Positions 26,740 through 37,500 of a stretch of DNA of 64,000 bases are shown here, in pieces. Made by a program: the position numbers and the translations under genes. The notes below the pieces were generated by a model. That model ran no database searches. It saw nothing but the letters and a program-made list of their open reading frames with translations, and was not told where the DNA came from. Source of the DNA: Marsupella aquatica (Eukaryota; Plantae; Marchantiophyta); NCBI GenBank assembly GCA_973895155.1, contig OZ316891.1:2409324-2473323 (forward strand), written 5' to 3'. Each line of letters starts with the position of its first letter. The first letter of the stretch is position 1.

Positions 26740-27300
26740 CTGGGATCTGAATCACTTATCTCTTAAGTGCCAGGTGTTTATCTGGATAATTATCCTTTCA
26801 AGAAAGGGAAATAAGAGAAGTGGCTAGGGAAGCTTCTTCTTGCTCTAGGATGCACGATCTTGGATGTGTGGTTGCCTGATGTGGTCTTCGAATCTTTGGC
26901 AATGCTGGTCTCCCCACAACGTGGTACACTGGTACGTACAGAGGTGGCCCTACAGTAGGTTTTGCTGAATAATAATGAGAGCCCTTTTTGTTCTCGAGAG
27001 CATTATTTTGCAATCTTGCACCTTCCTCTTGTCTTTGACGTACCTGATGGCCAAAGGTGGGGTCATCGCTTTGGGAGACCACAGCTCTTTATCACCTTTC
27101 GGTGGCCCCACTTTGTACCAACCCCTCTACAGTATTCTCGCCTTGAGGGGAATGGACTTGAGTCTAATGTACGAGCATTATTCCATGTGCTACTTGGACC
27201 CCCTCAAAAAGTTTGGTCTTGTATGGCTGGCCTAGCCATCCACTCTAGAGGGCCTAGCACCAAGAAATTTGAAGGTGCAGACACTTTCTGACTTTGGGGG
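26740..27300 (+). mobile_element. Highly degenerate non-LTR (L1-like) retrotransposon C-terminal fragment
   Basis: Broken frames give LSLKCQVFIWII and ES..EH..C..KVW-like strings resembling the zf-RVT region; no continuous ORF. Confidence 0.3.
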
Positions 27301-27524
27301 CCTTTGAAGTGGAAGCCAGTGCACATGGAATAGGGCCCTAACAATAAGACTCTCAAACCCTACTCCATTCAATTACATAAATTCGTTAACAATCCTTCAA
27401 GTGTTTATTAGAGTTACTGTTCACATTACTTCAAAGATCTTGGCTTACCAAATTGGAATATCTCGGCCATGGCAAAGTTGGGCGAGGGTTAAATTTACTT
27501 AGGCCGACTTTACAAGACTGTGGG

Positions 27525-27810
27525 CTCGGGGGTCTCATTTCCACAAAAATGGCATATCACGTGCGACGAAGGATAGGGTCATTTTATTGGTTCTAAGGGA
27601 AGACTTAAGAATTTTTGTAGAAGAACAATAGGGTCTTTTAAATTCAATTTTGAGATTTATAAGAACATTAGGGTCTTTTTAATCCAATTTCAAGAATATT
27701 CCAACTTTATAGGGGTTAAAAAATAATATTTTTTTCTTACATTTTAGGGGGTCCGAGGCCTAAAAACGTCGCAGGCGATGGGGAGGTCCCCATATAGTGA
27801 GACCCCCGAG
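27525..27810. mobile_element. Non-autonomous DNA transposon (MITE), hAT-like
   Basis: Perfect 13-bp TIRs ctcgggggtctca (27525-27537) / tgagacccccgag (27798-27810); perfect 8-bp TSD actgtggg (27517-27524, 27811-27818); AT-rich non-coding interior. Confidence 0.92.
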
Positions 27811-28779
27811 ACTGTGGGTACTTTCTTCACCAAAGCATGGTTTCACACACTAAATATAGTGTAGGGGCTAAAAGCCTTTTGGGTATTCTTTTATGGCCCC
27901 CAAGCAGGAAAGCGTCATTTTTAAGGTTTTAACTTTTTTGCGGGAGTGGCCAATGTCCAGTGTGTGCAGGAGAAGATGCTCAAAATGTTCCTTCTTTGAT
28001 TACTCTCCTGACCATCAGATCTCCCTATATTTACAGATGACCGTTAGATTCTGGCTAATAGGGCCTTTGATTAGGTGGGACACTGGCTAATGAGACAGAA
28101 AAATACTAGGAAAATTTGGCCAAAAGTGACGAAAGCTATTTGGGGAGGTAGAATTTGGCAAATTTGTGCCACTAAAAATAATGCTGCCCCCAAGGTCTTG
28201 TCAAGCTAAGTGCAGTGGTGCAAGCGTAATTTGCTGAAGGACAGGTAGGACACACTTCACCTCAATTTCAGAAAATTCTTTGGCTAGAATTTTTCTAACA
28301 TGGACACCAACACATCTTATGCTTGTGGTCCACTTTTAATGCAATTGACCCAAATAGGAATGGACAGGGGGTAGAAGAAGAGACCTCCAATGGAGATGCC
28401 TAGAATTTGGGATAAAAATGTGCTCCACACAAGCAAGGAATTGGATCTCACTCCAGTCCATGTATGATGGGCAACAGGTTAGGTTAAAAGTACCCCCAAG
28501 GTTTTGTAAAGTGCACATGGACACTATCACATCTTGGAGACAAAAAAAGTACAACCTGCCACCAATGTCTTGTACGCAAAGCCACTCTTATTAGGGGAAC
28601 CCAAAATGGAGGCGCGCTACACAGCACGACCCCACGTCAAAAGTCTCGTAGTAGGAGTTGATATTCCATGTTGGCGCTCTGGCTCACGCTATTCTTTCAA
28701 ATGAGAGATTTATCTCTGAGAAAGATAGAGCAGGGCAAACTATGCTGGAGCACCTTTTTACTGTTTTATTAATGTTGGT

Positions 28780-28986
28780 GGAAGTTTGTCTGTCTTTTGT
28801 TATCTTTTCCCAAGTTCTCACGTTTTCTCTGTCTCTCCCAGTTGATTCCCCTTGGCTTGTTGGGTCTCGTAGGTCTTCTCTGGGTTTTCCCCCCTCCTTT
28901 TTTCCCTTTATTGGGTTGCTTTGCCTTTGGGACCCTGTCTTCCCGTTTGGCTTTTTCTTTTTGCACCATTATATATATATATATAC
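28780..28986 (+). mobile_element. Probable LINE 3' UTR remnant ending in (TA)n
   Basis: T/G/C-rich tail resembling those at 30760-30900 (-), 48480-48545 (-), 49100-49324 (+) and 58875-59030 (+); ends in tatatatatatata. Confidence 0.35.
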
Positions 28987-31559
28987 ATGCCCCACAGCAA
29001 AATGAGCTGCAAGTCCCAAGCTTTGAGCACAAAGTCTCTCATTCCCAAGTGATTCCCAATCCCGAGTCACCCGATTCCCAATCCCAAGTCACCCAACGAG
29101 CTTTGCTTGGTACATGCAAAACCATCCCCATCAAAACTTGGCCCTATCACTCCCTAACCTTGCAAGCTGCCCTCCCCAGCAGGTAGTTCTCTTCCAAGAA
29201 GAAAATGGGGTCAATTGGGTCCTTTGAAGAGACTTTTGACTCCAAGGGTCGTGTTAAGCAGTGGGACTCCATTTAAGGCCCCACTAAAGCAAATTTCTCC
29301 AAGGGTTTGGGCAGTTGGGCAGCTTTCCATGCATGTAGCAAAGGCAGGCATTTTGGGGCAGACAAACAGCTGCTTGGGCAGTCCAGGCAACTACACTGCT
29401 TAGAGGATATAGTGCGGGCCATACTAATTGTGAAGCAAAGTTTATTGGCCATGGCCCTGACTAGTGTTACCCAACTATTAGGGTGTAAGGTTCATTACTG
29501 TTAGGATTTAAATAGTGTAACCGCCACGTAAAATCTGGGTTAATATAGTCAAGTTCAGACATTAAAATTGAACATTATGAAAGACTTGGTTCAAAGCTGT
29601 CCACCTAAATGTGAGAGACAAACACGAGACAAATGGGACTCAGTAAAAATCAGAAACTGCACCTATCAATTAGAAAGTATTCTCATTCATCCCTGCTGAT
29701 TCTAGGGATTTAGCAGATCATCTATAATGATGGAAATGATAACAAAAATCCAATCATATGGATCACTTGGAGCCTCCTACTCTTTAAAGTGTCTTTACAG
29801 GATGTGGCACTTGTGACATTTTCTTGCCAAAGCAAACTAGAGGTTGTTCTAAGGAGAGACTCCAACCCGAGAAAAGATTGAGATGAGTTCAATAATGGCA
29901 AATCCCTTGAATGAAGGCGCCACAATTTGGAAATATTTGGACAAATTCTAACAAAATAAGCACTCCACATTAGCATTTCCTTGAGTCCACTGCTTGCCAT
30001 GTAGGGTGGGTGAACACTACACCTGAAAGTTCTTGTAAGGCCAACTGCTTTCCTCTCGTACTGAATAAAAAGAAAGCCAACTACAATACTACAATACTTT
30101 TCACCAATGATGCGCTGAATAAGAAGAGAGGATGGGCCCCCATGTTTTGTAAAGCCACCCTTAGATTACCCAAGCATTATTCAACCCGAGTTGCAGGTGG
30201 GACCCACACTAATTATGAAGTAACAATATTTGGGATGCCATACTACTTTACATCCTGTAAAAAAATGTACATTGTAGACACTTTGGGGGCATTTCTAGGA
30301 AACCTGTGTTCAATCATTTCTTACTCTTTTGTCACATTTCGAGGGTATTTCAAATGCAGCAAGTTTCTGTTGAACTCCCATCTTGAGGAAAGGAGCATTC
30401 AATCCTAATTTTGGTTTTGATCATTTTATTGGGGTGAAGTTGGCAAAAGACGTGGAAGGAGTTCAGCCATCATTGAGTAGTGCTAAAAGTCTGTTGTGAA
30501 TGCACCCACAGTAGGGTAACTCTTCTTGCCCAAGCTTCCGTTCAGCATTCTCTTCCTTAAAGTATGGAAAACTAGAGAAAGAATTCTTGAAGGGATATAA
30601 AATACACTTTTGACAAAATGAAGGACAGTGATGGTCCAAAAGCACGATTTGACTAGGCACCATTACCATGTACCTGAAACGGTCAACCACTATGCCTCTA
30701 GAAAAATGAAACTTTTATTTTCCTCCATTACTCAAACTAAGAGCACATACAATACATATATATCATAGTGCCAATAACAAAAGGCGGGCAAATTGAGAGA
30801 CAAGATCCCCAAGACAGGAGACCAAATAAAGGGGAGAAATCTCAAAAGACCAATGAGCCAAAAAGCATGAGAGTCCCTCACAACTGCAAAGGAACTAAGC
30901 TCAAGGAGTAAATTACATAGGAGGGTCATGAAGAGAACTTGTCTAGAGTCTCTCAAACCAACAACCTTGACCCTATGCAGAAATAAGGAATGCGTGAACC
31001 CTTTTGCTGAGTAAAGAAAATAGAGAGTACTGAAATTGAGAAATAACGAGTGTCTATATACAAAAGATAGCACATGATCACAAAAAGTAGTCGAGATGAA
31101 TCTTTAGTAAAAGAAAGCACCTTAATGGGCCTCCACACACTGAGCACAGAAATCATTTCTGTCATACAACATGAAATCTAGGGTACAGCAGCAGCTCAAC
31201 TGCACGCTGCCTTCTAGAGGCATGGGAATATGGGAATAGTACTTTACACCATTCCACAAAGGAGTGGTGAAAAACACGTGAAACAATACAAAGTCCAGGT
31301 CAGTAGATTTGGAAGCAAGTGAAGGACAATTATTTCGGACTTCCCCTTGTGGTACATCACTGTTTCAGTCTCCCCGTGATTATTTTATTCTTAATTTGGG
31401 CCTTCCATGGCTGGCTTCCTTGTTATTGTCTCTATCTGCAAATTACTTGAACCCCCCAATATATATTTCATTTACTATTTCAATGTAGAAATTGTTTGAA
31501 CCCCCTTTAGGTTCATTTCTTTGTCAGCCACGTTTTTCCTACCGTTAGTTGAAGGGAAA

Positions 31560-31640
31560 CGAAAAACTACTTTTGTGCCTGATTTGACTCTTGACCTCAA
31601 GGGCCCAACTGGCCTCTTCTACCACTGCGCCACATAGGTC
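31560..31640 (-). mobile_element. tRNA-related SINE head or tRNA pseudogene fragment
   Basis: Minus strand TGGCGCAGTGG (A box, 31632-31622) and GAGTCAAATC (degenerate B box, 31590-31581) about 31 nt apart; no full cloverleaf. Confidence 0.5.
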
Positions 31641-31947
31641 TACTGTGCAGCCCACATACCTTATATCTAATTTAAAATAGAAATAATTATGACATTCCCA
31701 TGACCCACAACCTCCTCTGGGCCCGCGCCTCCTTGTCCTGGTCACAGAGTTTGAGATTTTTTGATGCACTTCAATTCCCATGCTCTTCCTCATTGCAAGT
31801 TGTATAATTGCTTTATATTTCCATTATCTTATGCAAAATTTGTATTTTTAATAAATTTAGAAATGACAGTTTAACTTAGTTTTTATATATTTTTCAATAA
31901 GTTAAAATAGTCAAGCACTAGAATGATGTAGCTACTAGCCTGATGCC

Positions 31948-32422
31948 AAAATGTTGAGGTGAGAAAAAAAGTCGAGGCGAGAAAAGAAGTCGAGGAGAGA
32001 AAAGATATTGAAGTGAGCAAAAGATGTCGAGGTAATAGAAGATGTCAAGGAGAGAAAAAATGTCAAAGAGCAAAAAGATGTCAAGGAGAGAAAAGATGTC
32101 GAGGTGAGAAAAAAATGTCGAGATGATAAAAGAAGTCAAGGAGAGAAAAAATATGTCGAGGGGAAAAAGATGTTGAGATGAGAAAACAGGTCGAGATGAG
32201 CAAAAGATGTCGAGTTGAGAAAAATATGTCAAGGAGAGGAAAGATGTTGAGGAGAGAAATAGACATTGAGATGAGAAAAAAATTTGAGGAAAAAAAAGAT
32301 GTCAAGGTGAACAAAAGATATAGAGGACAGCAAAAGATGTTGAGGAGAAAAATATGTGTGAAGGAGAGAATGTTGAGCTAAAAAAGATGTAAAGTAGAGC
32401 AAAAGATTTCAAGGTGAGAAAA
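31948..32422. repeat. Purine-rich degenerate minisatellite, ~18-19-bp unit, over 20 copies
   Basis: Recurrent aaaagatgtc(g/a)agg(a/t)gagaaaa units with strong strand asymmetry; source of the LDIFS-repeat ORFs. Confidence 0.85.
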
Positions 32423-33474
32423 TAAACTTGACACTTTTTTCACCCTTACCCGCAAATGGAAGGGGCGGGATGAAGCCTCTCACTCCCTCTTTTCCCATCC
32501 ATGTGTCCCCCTTTCCCCTTTCTCCTTGCTTCTCCCCCTCTTTGTTTTGTTTCCAAGTCTTTCTTTGGGACAATAAACATCAAATTTTGTAAGACAATTG
32601 CCCTGAAATATCATAGGAATATTTGTCATGGTTTAGGGTGTGAAAATCTCATTATTTTGGCACAATATATATACAAATATGAGTATGTATATACTTTGAA
32701 GTATTTTGGGGGGATAAGAATCCTAAATTATTACTCTTTCTCCCATTCTTCTGTTTTCTTCACTTTTTTAACATGTCTCTTTTTAATACTTTTTCACTTT
32801 CATTTTGTTTTCCTTTTATCTTCACCCTCCCCCTTTTTTCTAAACCCGGTCATTCTCTCCATCTCCCATCATCTCTCATATCTCCATAGTGTCATAATTT
32901 AATATGTGAACATAATTATTAGTTGTACATTCTAGTACAACCTATGGTACCTTCAAGTACATTTGTCCTTTCTGAAGGTGTACCTCAATCTTTTGTCTCA
33001 TGTACTCATGTACTATGAGCAGGTATATGTGAGACTCTACCATACCAATTAGTGTCCAATAGGAGAGGCAATGTGATAGGGCTGCTTGCATCTAAGTTTG
33101 ATTAAAAGTAATGTTTTAAATAATGATCAGGATCAGATCAGGTTTTAAAATTTTGTAAGCAGATGAAACCCAATAATGGCGGGATAGCATATTATAGAGT
33201 TAGATATGAATGATAATGATATTTCAGTGAACATTTGATTGACTGGGACCATTCTACCTGCCTTGTAGTAGGGGGAACAATTTTCTATTCTATCAAACTT
33301 GGGATGAAAATAAAAAGACGATAGTTGTCTCTAAAGGCCACATGGACAAGTCAAACCCGACTAACACACCTTATGCTTGTACATTGTTCTTTATGTTTTG
33401 TGCAAAATGTGACCTGTAAATGGCCATCACCCATGACTTGAAGTTTGTGGGTGATTCTTCATGGCCTGTTTCAT

Positions 33475-33601
33475 TTTATGAAATCTTGGTACTCACTTAT
33501 CTTCACCTTCACATCTGGCCCCTTCTTCTTGGGCACAATGAAGATGGACAATACCCACTCATTGTGCATGACTGGATAAATGAATCTAACATTCAATAAC
33601 T
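33475..33601 (-). mobile_element. Ty3/gypsy reverse transcriptase fragment cut by the adjacent Copia LTR
   Basis: KLLNVRFIYPVMHNEWVLSIFIVPKKKG matches gypsy RT KLL.AGFIYPV..SEWVSPIVIVPKK.G; starts at the LTR end at 33602. Confidence 0.75.
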
Positions 33602-34335
33602 TGTTGGGTATAATCCTTATCCCAAAATACCATGCACATGTAAACACTATACAAAGTAGTCGACACAGCAAGTACGTGATTCACCTCTCGACTGAGGCTA
33701 CGTCCACGAGAAAGCAAGAGACCGTTATTTCTTTCTTGCCCAAATCTAACAATGAACTGAAGATCCACTAGGGGCTGGCATCAGCCCTGGTTATATACAA
33801 CATGCATCACTGCTAACCTCAACTAAGTCCTAACCTGAGTTAGCCTAACTAAGGTTAGCCCTAGAGTCACAAGACTAAGAACAATACTCAACACAATCTG
33901 TCAATATTCTCCTTCACCACAAGCAAATATTTGGGATTCAATCGATATTGACGTTGCTACACGGGTCGTGCACCCAACATTAAATCAATGTTGTGCTCAC
34001 AAGACTTGGGAGGAATCACTTTGGTAAAGGCGACAGCCAAATTGAATTTATCATCAATCTTGACTAGCTCAAACAAATCATCAAACACAACCTACTTGAT
34101 AAAATGATACTTGGCGTCAATGTGCTACACTCTGTTGTTTATCACCTGGTTCATAGCAAGATGAAGTGCACCGTAACTATCACAATGGACCTTCACACTC
34201 CCCTTGGACAATCCCAGCTTAGTGATAAGTCTATCCAACAAAATTGTTTTCCTTCCCTACTTTCATTGTTGTAATATAGTATGCTTTTGTAGTAGATTGT
34301 GCTATCTGGCTTATGCATCCACCACCTAAGTGTGA
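33602..34335 (-). mobile_element. Truncated Ty1/copia element: RNase H remnant, PPT and 3' LTR (33602-33893)
   Basis: Minus strand VHCDSYGALHLAMNQV..HIDAKYHFIK..ELVKID...AFTKVIP with stops; purine tract ggtgaaggagaa; LTR TGTTGAG...CCCAACA similar to the solo LTR at 58539. Confidence 0.85.
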
Positions 34336-34597
34336 ACACATACCCGCCCTGTTGTTGATCTCCTTTGGTCTAGATCTTGAAGAATCATATGCACTTATTA
34401 AAAAACAAAGAAAACACAAAGCTTATGTGCATAATTGCCTTTTTTGCATAAACTTACCAAAAGCACAGATTTGCATACCTTGATTACCTTGCATGCCATT
34501 CTCGATCTTGAAACCCATCTGCATGCGCAAAATGTGCTTTCCATTCTAAATATAAAACCTTTAGTATACTTAAATACAATTGTTTACTACTTAGAAA

Positions 34598-37500
34598 TGG
34601 CTAATTTAGAGAAGCTCTAGTTCCTCGCACTAGCATTAGATAGTAGTAACTACCTCGTATGGTCTCTCGACCTACGTGCCAACCTAATCGTTAAATCTTT
34701 ACTACCAGCCATAGAACCTTCAACCACTTACTCAACCTTCAACCACTTACTCAAGCGGAAAAAGCACAAGCACTTGTGTTTATCCGCCGACACCTACATG
34801 CATTTTTACAAATGCAATACCTACACCTTACCTCCCCCCGAGAGCTTTGGCAAGCCCTCCAAACACGTTTTGAAGACCAAAAGTTGGTGGCACTCCAGAG
34901 AGCACGCCAAGAGTGGCCTACCTCCACGTACAAGACTTCACTTCAATAGCATCATATAACAACAACTTGTTTAGGATAACCTCAACCCTTGCTTTGTGCG
35001 GAGAGCCAGTTGTTGACACTGATCTCTTGGAGAAAACCCTCTCCACATTCCACCCATCAAACCTCATACTTGCAACCCAATACCGCAATACGAAGTTTAC
35101 GCAATGCTCAGAATTCATTTCCCATCTCTTGGTCGTTCAAAAGCAACAAGAACTCATGTTGCAAAATTCCAAGAAACGCCCACCTAGCACTTTACCTATC
35201 CCACAACACCCATCAAAAACCCATACAAACGCTGTTAATGAACCCTCAACATCCCGTCAAGGCAGTAATAAAGCTAAAGATGCAAGACGGGGCAACCCCC
35301 GGGGGCTGCAACCATAGAAATCCCTCCAAGAGGGGGTCCCGGAGTTTCTTTAACCAAAGGTCTCAAAGAGGCTTTAGACGACCACCCAATGGCCATAAGC
35401 AGCAACACTTTCGTGGAAGATTTTCAAGAGGACGCGGTGGACAAAGATTTTAAGGGATTATTTGTCCACACCAAACACAAAATTGTCAAACAACCAATAG
35501 ACAATCATGTACAAAATGTGGCATGAATAACAATAATACCAACAACTACAGAAATCCTAAATACCTTAGGGATCTTTGGCAAAGTTCCCTCAAGGGAGAA
35601 CACCACAAACTGACCAAAGGGAAACCCCATGGAACTTTTATGGAATCCCGTGATATATTTCATGATTTTTCCGATCAACCAGCAAAACCTTGAGACGCAC
35701 TTAGTCACTCAAAACCCCACATTACCAGTTTTAGAACACCCAAGCACGTGTATTATTGATAGCGGAACTACACACTCTATACTTACAGAAAAAAAAGTTT
35801 TCACAAAATCACTGCTTCACATAGATCTATATCATGACCATCAATGGCTAATACACTCATTCAATATTGCCCATCAACATTTAACTCATTTAGCCCATGC
35901 CAAATGAGTATTGGCAAACCGCCAAATTTATCCCACCTCCGCTCATTTGGATGTCAGGTTATGGTACCCATAACTCCGCCCAAACAAACAAAGATGGGAC
36001 CACAACGACAGCTTGGAATATACATTGGATTTGACTCTCCGTCAATAATCCGTTATTTAGAGCCTACAACAAGTGATATGTTTAAAGCAAGATTTTTAGA
36101 TTGTCATTTTGACAAAAACCTTTTCCCCACATTGGGTAAACCTGATGCACATTCCCTTCCACCCTTGGAATAGGATAGAACTTCACCATTTTGGGAAGAC
36201 ATCAGGACAAATCAGGGGGAGAAAGAAGTCCAATGCATATTACAGCTCCATAAAATTATAGAAGAGCTACCAGATTCCTTTGTCGATGTGACGAAGGTTA
36301 CACGCTTACACTCCTTGCGGCTAATGCTCCAGCCCGCATAACTTTATCAAATGAACTGGCCATAATCCAACAACCTCGACAAAAATAAGGACGCCCACTT
36401 GGCGCTAATGATAAATAGCCACGTAGAAACCAATCGGCTTCACCCACAAACTATACACCCATCTACTCCTAATGAGGAAATTTCAATACATTACATTCAT
36501 ACTGGCGAAATGCGGAAGAGTGTTGAGCATAGACAACGATCGCAACGGCAAGCCCATGAACCATCCAACGCACAATAGTCGACACAAAGAGATACATGGT
36601 TCACCTCTACATGAGACTATGTCCACGGGAACACACAAGAGCTTTACTGCACTCTAGGCCGACCGGCCATACCAAGCATCCACAGCGCAAGCTCTCTCTA
36701 TCTCTCAACTAGCTCTGCAATTCCGCAAACAAGGACATGCAATCCTTATGTGCACCCAACTGCTTGATGATGGGAGACATGAAATAGAGTGTAACACACC
36801 ACACTCCCTGCTCCTGCGTGCGGTCCCATTGTTTCTCATCAACATCATCTTCACGAGGGCTCAATAGTTGGCTCATCCCTGATGCATAGAGCACTCCCTT
36901 CACCTGCTTCTCCCAGAGCAAGTATCACCGCAAGGAGTTATCAAACCGGCTCTATACTTCCTACAAACTGATGAGTTTCAGGATGAAGGAATCCGGTACG
37001 AAATTGCAGGACCATGTGGATGCTTTCAACAACATGGTCGTTGACTTGGAAAACCTTGGGGAGACTTTGAATGATGAGACGAAGACTCTGCAGCTTCTCA
37101 GTTCATTGCCTCCATCTTACCAGTCCCTATCACGGGTGCTGTTGCATCGTGATAGGGATACCATTTCATACAATGACGTGGTAAGTTCTTTGCTTAGTGA
37201 TGATCTTCAGCAGAAGATGCACATCACGTCACAACCTTCTTCATCTGGTGCTGCCCTCAATGTTAACCGTGGGAGGAGTATGCAGCGACCAACTAGGGAT
37301 CGTAGAACCCAATTTAGATCTAAATCCAGATCTAAGTCCAGGGGCAAATCCCCTCAAAGGAGGCAGGTGACATGTTGGAAGTGCAACCAGGTTGGACACT
37401 TCAAGCGAGACTATAAGGGAAAGACAGCTGAATCTTCATCGACAAATGTGGCTAGGGCTGATGGAGATGCTGATTTACTCAATGATGAGTATGTAACATG

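Noticed and set aside
29700-31200. Possible LINE or LTR remnants
   Set aside because: Only vague compositional similarity; boundaries and family could not be supported.
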